A stretch of 29,828 nt of DNA, taken from contig SLNX01000186.1 in assembly GCA_007132825.1 (NCBI GenBank), positions 1 through 29,828 on the forward strand, read 5' to 3'. The stretch is from Bacteroidales bacterium. Its GTDB lineage: Bacteria > Bacteroidota > Bacteroidia > Bacteroidales > UBA7960. Below the pieces are notes generated by a model that searched no databases, was not told the DNA's origin, and was given only the letters and a program-made list of their open reading frames with translations. Below are positions 8,498 to 16,933 of the stretch, in pieces (the first letter of the stretch is position 1; each line of letters opens with the position of its first letter). The position numbers and the translations under genes were made by a program.

Positions 8498-9190
8498 TTA
8501 GGAATTTTCTGTTAGTTCTTCAATTTTCCAATGTATGCGCATTGTTCTGTATAGTATCGTATAGAGCCACCAGGCTATGATGAACCAACCGGCAATTGCA
8601 GGAAAGAAAACCTTGCGCATCTCCGGAGCAAGGTCACCTGTCGACAGTGCGGGATTTCCGTCCAGCCCCGGATGGATGGAAGCAGTTGCAAGCCGCGGAA
8701 TGATCATTATGAAAATGAAAAACAGTACAAAGGCAAACACATTGTAAACGGCAGCCAGCCGTGCTTTCTTCTCCCTGTCGTCGACAGAACCACGCAAAAC
8801 CAGATAGGCCAGATAGGTCAGGATACCAACAACGGCACCATTAAGCTTGGGGTCGTTTACCCAGAAACTCCCCCAGGTAAATTTTGCCCAGACCATTCCT
8901 GTAAGCAGGCCAAGTGCGCCAAAGAACAGTCCAACCTGAACCGCAGCATAAGCCTTCAGGTCATCTGAAGGATCGTTTCGCAATAAATGCCTGATGCTGA
9001 AGACCAGTCCGACAAAGAGGATGAAGATCATTCCAAACCACATCCCCACATGGAAGTAAATATTTCGGATGGTTTCGTGGAGCACGGGCAGCTGGGGAAC
9101 ATCAAACAGAAGTCCGCCAGCAATCACCCAGACCAGCAGCATGATACCGGCAATTTTCCACCAGTTTTTTCGAAAGTCTTGTGTCTTCAT
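8498..9190 (-). CDS. ccmC: Haem exporter/cytochrome c assembly protein CcmC
   Basis: Multi-TM protein with a WWD-type motif (WAKFTWGSFWVNDPKL) flanked by His residues (IYFHVG, SIHPG). Confidence 0.9.
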   Translation of the reverse strand: MKTQDFRKNWWKIAGIMLLVWVIAGGLLFDVPQLPVLHETIRNIYFHVGMWFGMIFILFVGLVFSIRHLLRNDPSDDLKAYAAVQVGLFFGALGLLTGMVWAKFTWGSFWVNDPKLNGAVVGILTYLAYLVLRGSVDDREKKARLAAVYNVFAFVLFFIFIMIIPRLATASIHPGLDGNPALSTGDLAPEMRKVFFPAIAGWFIIAWWLYTILYRTMRIHWKIEELTENS

Positions 9191-9191
9191 A

Positions 9192-9854
9192 TTAATCTTT
9201 CCAAATATACGGAAATAAAACGTTCGACAAGGTTATAGCGATTGCTGTAAGCAACAGGGTCGTAATGAGACCGGGTGCAACAGCGGAAAATGTTGTGCCG
9301 TAAATCGTTTGTCCTGAGACCCTGATAAGTACAAGCAGCAAAGGCAAAATAAGGGGGAAGCCTAAAACCGCCATCAACGTAAAGTTATTCCTGGCCCTTG
9401 AGGCAATTGCCGACACCAGGCAAAGGATGGAAGAAAATCCCACCATCCCGGCAATCAGGTTGATAAAAAACAGGAAAAATGATTGAACAGGGTTGCCAAG
9501 GAACGCCGTAAAGACTAAAAATCCGGCAATAGCAAGACCAATCAGCAAACCTGTATTGTAAATGATTTTTGCGTTAATGAAAGTCGCCGGTGAAACCATC
9601 ACATAATAAAAAATGTGACGCCGCTCACTTTCCTGGATGAACGCCTTCATGATGGCATTCATCGCAGAAAACAAAAGAATTAACCAAAACAGGGCATTCC
9701 ATGTTTCTGTATTTATTCGCCCGTCAAAAGCCAGATATGCCAGAAACACCATTGAGAAAAGGTATAGGACCACACCGCCAAGGGCACTCTGCCGTCGCCA
9801 CTCCAGCATCATCTCCTTACGCAGAAGGGCGTTCAGTTCAACAATTGTTTTCAT
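9192..9854 (-). CDS. ccmB: Haem exporter permease CcmB (220 aa)
   Basis: KEMMLEWR N-terminus, about 6 TM helices and LMAVLGFPLILPLL. Directly upstream of ccmC. Start moved to ATG 9854. Confidence 0.88.
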   Translation of the reverse strand: MKTIVELNALLRKEMMLEWRRQSALGGVVLYLFSMVFLAYLAFDGRINTETWNALFWLILLFSAMNAIMKAFIQESERRHIFYYVMVSPATFINAKIIYNTGLLIGLAIAGFLVFTAFLGNPVQSFFLFFINLIAGMVGFSSILCLVSAIASRARNNFTLMAVLGFPLILPLLLVLIRVSGQTIYGTTFSAVAPGLITTLLLTAIAITLSNVLFPYIWKD

Positions 9855-9882
9855 GACATTTGGATAAAACCCAGCAATCAGG

Positions 9883-9890
9883 CAAAGATA
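9883..9890 (-). promoter_or_regulatory. -7 box TATCTTTG for ccmBCDE
   Basis: Exact match 28 nt upstream of the ccmB ATG, just past the kinase stop codon. Confidence 0.65.
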
Positions 9891-9897
9891 AACGAAA

Positions 9898-11193
9898 TTA
9901 CCCGAATAAGCCATTACTGGCAGACAGACATTCGATATCTGTTTGCGGGAAGGAGATAAAAAATGTACTGCCCTTGCCTGGCTGACTTTCTGCCCAGATC
10001 TCCCCATGATGTTTTTCAACAAACTCTTTACAGAGCTTCAGTCCGATCCCCGATCCGGGCTCGCCATCAGTTCCTGCGGTGGTTTCCATGCTTTTCCCGG
10101 GGTTAAACAATGAATCCAACTGTTTTTTGTACATGCCACGACCTGTATCGGCAACCGCGATCAGAATACGGCGATCGGCAAGCATTTTTGCAGAAATGTT
10201 TATCTGACCGCCTGGGGAAGTAAACTTTAAGCCATTGCTGATCAGATTACCCAACAGGGAACAAAAAATCCTCTGGTCTGTGAAGATGATCATGCGTGGG
10301 GGGATATCTGTTTTGATTGCAATTTTTTTATAGAGGGCTGATGCCTGATGCATATCAATGCATTGACTGACTATCTTGTCGAGAAAGATGAATTCCGGGT
10401 CAAATTTCATGTTGCCACCCTGGACGTGAGACCAATCCAAAAGGTTTTCCAGCAAAGAATAGATGCCACGTGCTGAATTTTCGATGGAGGATGCGTGGTC
10501 CCTGATCTCATCATACGTAAGCACCGAAGTTTTTTCCCTAATCACCCTTGTTAATGCCAAAAGCGCCGTAAATGGACTTTTTAAATCATGGCCAATGATG
10601 GAAAGCAATTTATCCTTTTCATTGTTGGTTTTTACAAGCTCCTTTTGTTTGTTGACAAGTTTTTCCATAAGCCTGGCCTTATGTACAACCAAAGCGATCT
10701 GGTTGGCAGCCAGGTTGCCGTAATCGATCTCTTTTTTCGTAAACCTGTGTGGTTTGTTAAAGCCTACAAGCACAGCGCCTAACTTTTCATTGTCAACAAT
10801 GAGTGGCAGCGCAAGTAAAGACCTGGTGGGATATTTTTTCGCGATATTGGGGTCCAAGTAAGGGGTGTTGTATACATCTTCAGCAACCAGAGGTTTCCCT
10901 GCGCTTATACAGGAATAGGTCATTGTAAGCTCTCCGGGTTTCCCTCCCGATTTCGCATAATATTTTCCCTCGTCGCCAGATGCTGCTATTGGAATGGTTT
11001 CCTGTTTCTTGTCATCCCATAAAGTGATGTAACAAGTATCGGAAAATAAAAGCTTATGCATCTGGTTGGCAAGCAACTGATAAAGGTCAGGCACCGAAGA
11101 TTGCTTCAGTGCCAGCGCCACGATCTCGCTTAGGTGCGACCAAAAATGCTCAGGCGAAACAAATCGCTTCTCTTTTGTCTTTCGTTTTTCCAT
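9898..11193 (-). CDS. Cytoplasmic GAF-domain sensor histidine kinase
   Basis: N-terminal GAF (SLLALPLIVDNEKLGAV...FTKKEI), H-box GHDLKSPF, N-box NLISNGLKFT, G1 DTGRGM, G2 GSGIGL and GKGSTF. No TM segment or receiver domain. Confidence 0.93.
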   Translation of the reverse strand: MEKRKTKEKRFVSPEHFWSHLSEIVALALKQSSVPDLYQLLANQMHKLLFSDTCYITLWDDKKQETIPIAASGDEGKYYAKSGGKPGELTMTYSCISAGKPLVAEDVYNTPYLDPNIAKKYPTRSLLALPLIVDNEKLGAVLVGFNKPHRFTKKEIDYGNLAANQIALVVHKARLMEKLVNKQKELVKTNNEKDKLLSIIGHDLKSPFTALLALTRVIREKTSVLTYDEIRDHASSIENSARGIYSLLENLLDWSHVQGGNMKFDPEFIFLDKIVSQCIDMHQASALYKKIAIKTDIPPRMIIFTDQRIFCSLLGNLISNGLKFTSPGGQINISAKMLADRRILIAVADTGRGMYKKQLDSLFNPGKSMETTAGTDGEPGSGIGLKLCKEFVEKHHGEIWAESQPGKGSTFFISFPQTDIECLSASNGLFG

Positions 11194-11243
11194 CAGAATA
11201 TGGCCAAACCCTGTTTTTTTAAGAGTTAATTATAGCAGGCTTG

Positions 11244-11251
11244 CAAATGTA
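11244..11251 (-). promoter_or_regulatory. -7 box TACATTTG for the histidine kinase
   Basis: Exact TAnnTTTG match 50 nt upstream of the ATG. Confidence 0.55.
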
Positions 11252-11435
11252 CATGAATTTTTTTTTCATGCGAAATTACACACAGACGCATGAAAAAAAA
11301 TCATGGGAAAGTGAAGCAGTTTCTCCTGTACATCTTTATTGTTGTATATTGTTTCAACAAAAAAAGATACCTTTTGCAGCAGAAATGTATGATAATTATA
11401 GGTGATTAAGATGAAGAAGCTCAAAGGAGCAAACT

Positions 11436-11465
11436 AAAAAAAGCCCCCCCGTTAGGAGAGGCTTT
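11436..11465 (-). terminator. Intrinsic terminator after tRNA-His
   Basis: AAAGCCTCTCC-TAAC-GGGGGGGCTTT stem (two G:U pairs) followed by further T residues. Confidence 0.8.
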
Positions 11466-11468
11466 GAG

Positions 11469-11543
11469 GGTGGCTAATGGGATTCGAACCCACGACCCCC
11501 AGAACCACAATCTGGTGCTCTAACCGGCTGAGCTATAGCCACC
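11469..11543 (-). tRNA. tRNA-His(GUG)
   Basis: Cloverleaf: acceptor stem GTGGCTA/TAGCCAC, anticodon arm CCAGA-TT GTG GT-TCTGG and TTCGAAT T-loop. G-1 and discriminator C are present; CCA is not encoded. Confidence 0.96.
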
Positions 11544-11556
11544 GTTTTTCAGGCTG

Positions 11557-11564
11557 CAAATATA
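11557..11564 (-). promoter_or_regulatory. -7 box TATATTTG for tRNA-His
   Basis: Exact match 13 nt upstream of the tRNA. Confidence 0.75.
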
Positions 11565-11661
11565 CAAAATATTCAGAAGTCAAAACCTTATCAAATAAAA
11601 AATAAATCATTATCGCAACCCATCAAAAATACTCTTTTTATAAGAAATATCAGGATTATGC

Positions 11662-11669
11662 TAATTTTG
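11662..11669 (+). promoter_or_regulatory. -7 box TAATTTTG for the glycan cluster
   Basis: Exact match 16 nt upstream of ATG 11686. Confidence 0.55.
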
Positions 11670-11685
11670 TTTGACTTAAACAGGT

Positions 11686-13314
11686 ATGCCCAAAATGTCG
11701 CCATCAAAACAAAAATTAAAAATTGGACTGATCGTGTCGCGAAAAACAATTCCGGCCTGGGCCTTCAACCTGACAGAGTGGATTCAACAGTCGGACTTTG
11801 CAGAACTGAAACTCGTTATCCTGTATAATCATCCCAAAGAGAAAACCCGTAGAAACATCCTGCACAAAATCCGGTTTTTTCTTTTCGCAATGCATCAGAC
11901 CTTTGAGAAAATTGTCTTCAAACCCAAACCTGATGCATTAAGGGAGCATCTGATCAGCGATATTACGGGTAGCAATCCAATAGAATTAAATCCCCATCCG
12001 GAGGCATCCAGTGCCCTGCAGAAAAAAAGGGAGTCGATCGTGTCAGAACGAATAGATGTCCTTATAGCGGTGCATCCATTTCTTCCGGACGAGAGATTAA
12101 TCGGGATGTCGAAATTCGGGATATGGACTGTTGAAACTTCCACCCCGCATCAAAAAGATTTTTCAACAACAGCCGTATGGGAAGTATTTCAGCAGAAGCC
12201 AGTTACAGACCTCTGTCTGACAATCCATCACAAAAAAACCATCAGATTTAAGGTTTCTTTCGCAACCATCAAGAATAGCATCCGTTGGAACAGGAATTTT
12301 CATTACTGGAAGGCAATGTGTTGCATTCAGGCAAAACTTGAACAGCTCTATAAGCTGGGCTGGGCGAAGCTGATAATTTCCGGGGAAGCATCTCCGGCTG
12401 CAACAAATAAAAAGGTACCGGGGAACCTGGCCGTGTTGGGTGGTACGATCAGGATGTTTTCGTCGTACATTGGGGGGAAGATCGGCAATTTGCTTTACAG
12501 AGAACAATGGACCATCCTGTTTTCGCTTCAAAACAACAAAAAAAACAGTCTGCAGGAGTTTCATCGCATCATACCTCCAAAAGACAGGCTTTGGGCCGAT
12601 CCTTTCGTCATCAAGAAAGAAAACAAAACCTGCATTTTTGCTGAAGAGATGAGGTACAGGGAGCAAAAAGGGAAGATAATTGCCACCGAAATCGATCAGT
12701 CGGGTGTTCCCGGGAAACCCATTACCGTCCTGGAACTAAATCATCACCTATCCTATCCATACCTGTTTAATGAAGGCGGACATTTGTTTATGATACCCGA
12801 AACAACCCAGAAACGTACAATTGAGCTATACAAATGTCTAAAATTCCCGGATCGCTGGACTTATTCGAAAACAATCCTTAAAGGTTTGGAGGCGGCAGAC
12901 GCCAGCCTTTTGAAACACAATGACACTTACTGGCTATTCGCAAACGTTCGGATGCATGAGGGGGTGTCGATCAATGATGATCTGTTTCTGTTCTTTTCAA
13001 ACGACCTTTTCGGAGATGAATGGACGCCTCACCCTATGAATCCTATTGTTTCTGACGTACGATTCGCACGCCCGGCCGGACAAATTGCCATTCGCAACAA
13101 CAGGTTAATCCGCCCGGCACAGGATTGTTCGAAAAGGTATGGATATGCCATACAGCTTATGGAAATTATTGAGCTCAATGAAACCGATTACAGGGAAAGG
13201 CACCTGCAAACATTTTTGCCCGGTTGGGAAACCGGTGTGCTCGGCGTCCATACTTATAATCTGGCTGAAGGGATTGCTGTTTCAGACGCACTGATAAGAA
13301 GAAAAAAATTCTGA
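11686..13314 (+). CDS. Two-domain protein: degenerate formyltransferase-like N-domain plus a C-terminal GINT1-N/GH43-like beta-propeller
   Basis: The C-terminal half has WADPF, HHLSYPYLF, MIPET, DASLLKHNDTYWLF and ARPAG, typical of bacterial GINT1-like proteins. The N-domain assignment is weaker. The start may be 11695. Confidence 0.65.
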   Translation: MPKMSPSKQKLKIGLIVSRKTIPAWAFNLTEWIQQSDFAELKLVILYNHPKEKTRRNILHKIRFFLFAMHQTFEKIVFKPKPDALREHLISDITGSNPIELNPHPEASSALQKKRESIVSERIDVLIAVHPFLPDERLIGMSKFGIWTVETSTPHQKDFSTTAVWEVFQQKPVTDLCLTIHHKKTIRFKVSFATIKNSIRWNRNFHYWKAMCCIQAKLEQLYKLGWAKLIISGEASPAATNKKVPGNLAVLGGTIRMFSSYIGGKIGNLLYREQWTILFSLQNNKKNSLQEFHRIIPPKDRLWADPFVIKKENKTCIFAEEMRYREQKGKIIATEIDQSGVPGKPITVLELNHHLSYPYLFNEGGHLFMIPETTQKRTIELYKCLKFPDRWTYSKTILKGLEAADASLLKHNDTYWLFANVRMHEGVSINDDLFLFFSNDLFGDEWTPHPMNPIVSDVRFARPAGQIAIRNNRLIRPAQDCSKRYGYAIQLMEIIELNETDYRERHLQTFLPGWETGVLGVHTYNLAEGIAVSDALIRRKKF

Positions 13315-13316
13315 GG

Positions 13317-14369
13317 ATGACACATGTCGATTACATAAAATACACGTCTGAATATAAAGATGCGACACTCAAACTGCTAGCTATGTTGTGGTCACATCTT
13401 AATGATCAGCAGCGCAGACTTTTGTTTGAATGGCGCTATGAACAAAATCCATTTGCTCAGGAAAATTACATCTACCTGGCCATGTTCGGCATGCAGGTTG
13501 TTGGATTTCGGGCCTTTGTCCCACAAATTCTTGAGTGTAAAGGCAATCGTATTACCGGTTTAACGGCTGCTGATGCGATTGTACATCCTGATTTCCGTCG
13601 AAAAGGGATTTTTTCCGGCCTGATCCGGTTTTTTCTGCGCGACCTGGAAGATAAACGTGTCAATAATTGTGTGATTTATAACCTTTCATCCAATGAATAT
13701 AGCACACCGGGCTATCTGAAGTTGGGCTGGCAAGCAACCAACGGACTCAAAAGGTTTGCGCTACACTACAATCCAATGCAAGACATCCGGTTAAGATTAA
13801 CCAGGCAAAATAGCAATAAGGTCAGGTTTGGCGTGCATCAAGTTAATGATACAACATTCGAGATCAGCAATGAGGTTTATGCTGAAGAAATGACTGATCT
13901 AATTGAAAAAAGGACTGAAAAATCTGCATATACTTGCATACGCAACACAAGATACTTCAACTGGCGTTATGCTTTTAGGGACAAGACCTATATCTTTGTT
14001 TATCAGCGCATTAAAGGAAAGCTTGAGTCCTTTCTTGTACTGAATAAGGTTTCTGACAGCCAGTTTCTGCTTTGGGAGTATGCAGCATCAAACACCCAGA
14101 TGCTAAAAAAAACCATCAAAGTTGCCGTTCGAGCGATTAGAATCCCTGTATTACGTTCATGGGTGCTCTCCCAACATGATTATACCAGGTTGCGACGTTG
14201 CGGTTTTATGGCAGCTCCAACCAAAATTTGGGACATGTTGGGAAAAAAGCGCCTTCCCGTTCTGGTTCGTCCGGTCAAAATTAATGTTGAAGAAAAGGAT
14301 TTCTTCCTTTATGACTCAGATATCAGAAACATCGAAAACTGGCAGTTTTTTCTTGCTGACCGCCATTAA
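13317..14369 (+). CDS. GNAT-family N-acyltransferase (350 aa)
   Basis: Acyl-CoA-binding motif A: ADAIVHPDFRRKGIFSGL, followed by SNEYSTPGYLKLGW. Confidence 0.85.
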   Translation: MTHVDYIKYTSEYKDATLKLLAMLWSHLNDQQRRLLFEWRYEQNPFAQENYIYLAMFGMQVVGFRAFVPQILECKGNRITGLTAADAIVHPDFRRKGIFSGLIRFFLRDLEDKRVNNCVIYNLSSNEYSTPGYLKLGWQATNGLKRFALHYNPMQDIRLRLTRQNSNKVRFGVHQVNDTTFEISNEVYAEEMTDLIEKRTEKSAYTCIRNTRYFNWRYAFRDKTYIFVYQRIKGKLESFLVLNKVSDSQFLLWEYAASNTQMLKKTIKVAVRAIRIPVLRSWVLSQHDYTRLRRCGFMAAPTKIWDMLGKKRLPVLVRPVKINVEEKDFFLYDSDIRNIENWQFFLADRH

Positions 14370-14418
14370 GTTCCTGATAACAGTTTAACCGACATCCCGG
14401 TACATAAAAAAAATCCCG

Positions 14419-14426
14419 TACTTTTG
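14419..14426 (+). promoter_or_regulatory. -7 box TACTTTTG for wzx-GT4-asnB-like
   Basis: Exact match 24 nt upstream of ATG 14451. Confidence 0.65.
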
Positions 14427-14450
14427 TCTAATTCCTAAGCAGATCCATCT

Positions 14451-15734
14451 ATGCTACGATCCCTGATGAAATTTCTTCGCCTGGAGCCTATCCGCCATTT
14501 TTTGGCGCTATTTTCCAGCTCCGTAATTGGACAGGGTGTTGCGCTTATGCTTGCCCCGGTGCTTTCAAGGCTTTTTGTTCCGGATGATTTTGGACTGGCA
14601 GCTCTCTATCTTAGTATGTTGAGTATTTTGTCCGTTATTTCGACTGCAAAGTATGAGCAAGCCATTATGCTACCCAGAGAGGACAGGGCGGCCATACATT
14701 TATTTCGCCTTGTTCTGAGGCTTACGCTCCTGTTTTCAATAATGCTTTTGCTGCCTTTGACCCTCTTTCGCACCAATATAGCCAATATGCTTGGAAATCC
14801 GGCAATGGCATCCTGGATGTTATTTGTCCCGCTAAGCCTGATCATACACGGAACATTCCAGGCTTCCCTTTTTTATTCAAACCGCACCAAGATGTTTAGC
14901 CGGATGGCCAAAAGCACATTGCTTCAACAGGGCTTGATCAGTAGTTCAAAAGTGTTTGCAGGATTATTAAAAACACCCTTTAATGGTTTAATTGCAGGGC
15001 AAATCGTCGGTCAGTTACTGGCAACCTGTTTCCTCTACTTTGCCACATTGCGTCAAATGCTGAAACAAAAGATCCGTACTACAACAAAGGATCTTATTGT
15101 CCAGGCTAAGACATACAGTCAATACCCCAGGTACAACATGTTCCTGAGCCTCACCAACAATTTATCGGGCAGCCTTCCCATCTTCATGTTCACCTGGGGC
15201 TTCTCGGCAGAGGTGGCCGGTTTGTATGCATTCGGTTATACTTTCGTATTTCGTCCGGTAAGTCTTTTTTCACAGAGTACACAGCAGGTGCTCTCGCAAA
15301 AGATGATTGAGCATTATCACCAGGGCAAATACATCTATCCGGTTTTAAAGAAGATGGTTGGTCGTTTTTTCATTGCCGGCCTTATCCCTTTCATACCTGT
15401 TATGATCTGGGCGCCGGAGCTGTTTTCATTTGTATTCTCGGATACCTATGAAGCTTCCGGCAGGTACCTGCAGATACTTAGTCCCTGGCTGTTCATGGTA
15501 TTTCTTGCCAGTCCGCTTACTTTCCTTCACGAACTGTTTTTCAAGCAAAAAACGGCCATGATTATTGATGTCATATATCTTATTTTACGTTTCCTGGCGT
15601 TATACATTGGGATCAGGATGCAGAATGAATTTTATGCACTTGCCTTTTTTTCGGGAGTCAGCGCAGTTGTAGTCGGATATAAGCTATTGTGGTTCCTTTA
15701 TCTGGCAAAACAATCTATAAAACACAAACATTAA
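14451..15734 (+). CDS. Wzx-like oligosaccharide flippase (MOP superfamily)
   Basis: Polytopic membrane protein; PVLSRLFVPDDFG, KYEQAIMLP and VAGLYAFG. Confidence 0.88.
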   Translation: MLRSLMKFLRLEPIRHFLALFSSSVIGQGVALMLAPVLSRLFVPDDFGLAALYLSMLSILSVISTAKYEQAIMLPREDRAAIHLFRLVLRLTLLFSIMLLLPLTLFRTNIANMLGNPAMASWMLFVPLSLIIHGTFQASLFYSNRTKMFSRMAKSTLLQQGLISSSKVFAGLLKTPFNGLIAGQIVGQLLATCFLYFATLRQMLKQKIRTTTKDLIVQAKTYSQYPRYNMFLSLTNNLSGSLPIFMFTWGFSAEVAGLYAFGYTFVFRPVSLFSQSTQQVLSQKMIEHYHQGKYIYPVLKKMVGRFFIAGLIPFIPVMIWAPELFSFVFSDTYEASGRYLQILSPWLFMVFLASPLTFLHELFFKQKTAMIIDVIYLILRFLALYIGIRMQNEFYALAFFSGVSAVVVGYKLLWFLYLAKQSIKHKH

Positions 15735-16933
15735 TGCAGCAGGAAGAGAAGAGATACAAAGTCGTTGTAATTCCCTCCTGGTATCCACCCCGCGGGGGTG
15801 GATTTTTCAGGGAGCACAGCATTGCACTGGCTGAGGCGGGGCTTGAGGTACATGTACTCGCCGGTATTGAAACCGGTTTACGCGATGATCCGAGAAGGTA
15901 CTTCACATCAGGAAAACAAATCAAAGCCTGCTTTGGCATTTCCGAACATCAGCGTATCATACGCCGCATACCACTGGGGAGAAGGCGCAATGCCATGATT
16001 TGGGTGAATCGTGTAGCTGCCATGTATGCTGAATTTTGCAAAGAATTTGGCCATCCGGATATTATTCTGGCACATAGCAGCATGTGGGCGGGTCTTGCCG
16101 CAGCCCGCATCAAGCAGCAATGGAATACCCCTTTTGTGATCACCGAACACCGCGGACGTTTTACCGGAATTGGCGAACTGCCCGGAATGATGTTCAAACC
16201 CTGGCAAATCCCCCTGCTACGCGAAGCATTTACCAGTGCCGGTCATATTGTTACTGTCAGCAGGGCATTGCAAGCCAAAATCGGGGAAATGTCCAACATT
16301 GAAGCGTCAGGGTTTTCCTGCATCCCCAACATGACTGATACCGACTTCTTTCACATCAAAAAACAAAACAAAAACAACAAAGGTCCGTTTACTTTTTTAT
16401 CTGTTGCAAACCACGAACCGTTGAAAGGACTTGATGTGCTGATCCGGTCGTTCGCCATACTACGGGAGCAAAGCCGTCATCCGGTAAGGCTTATTATCGG
16501 AGGCAAAGGCACCGATACGCCATCGTTTCAGAAGTTGGTTCATCAACAAAACGTGCAGAAAGATGTGATCTGCAAAGGCTTTCTAAACCGTGATCAGCTT
16601 CTTTTGCAGATGCAGCGGGCAGATGCCTTTGTTTTGCCTTCACGTTTTGAAGCATTTGGAATTGTATTGATTGAAGCCATGGCTTGTGGATTGCCATTGA
16701 TTGCAACCCGGTCGGGCGGTCCGGAGGAGATTGTTACTGAAGAGTGCGGAATTTTGTGTGAGCCCGATAATCCGGGAAGCCTTGCCGGTAAGATGCAGCA
16801 AATGATTCACACCCTTGACAGGTATCAACCGGAAAGAATACGGGCTTTGTGCCTGAATCGTTACAGTAAAAAAACCGTAACCGGAGCATACATCCGCTTA
16901 TTCGAAAAAATTTTACAAAACCAGGTTTTATGA
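15734..16933 (+). CDS. Glycosyltransferase family 4 (399 aa)
   Basis: PSWYP, KGLDVLI and the EX7E motif EAFGIVLIEAMACG. ATG overlaps the wzx stop (TAATG). Confidence 0.92.
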   Translation: MQQEEKRYKVVVIPSWYPPRGGGFFREHSIALAEAGLEVHVLAGIETGLRDDPRRYFTSGKQIKACFGISEHQRIIRRIPLGRRRNAMIWVNRVAAMYAEFCKEFGHPDIILAHSSMWAGLAAARIKQQWNTPFVITEHRGRFTGIGELPGMMFKPWQIPLLREAFTSAGHIVTVSRALQAKIGEMSNIEASGFSCIPNMTDTDFFHIKKQNKNNKGPFTFLSVANHEPLKGLDVLIRSFAILREQSRHPVRLIIGGKGTDTPSFQKLVHQQNVQKDVICKGFLNRDQLLLQMQRADAFVLPSRFEAFGIVLIEAMACGLPLIATRSGGPEEIVTEECGILCEPDNPGSLAGKMQQMIHTLDRYQPERIRALCLNRYSKKTVTGAYIRLFEKILQNQVL

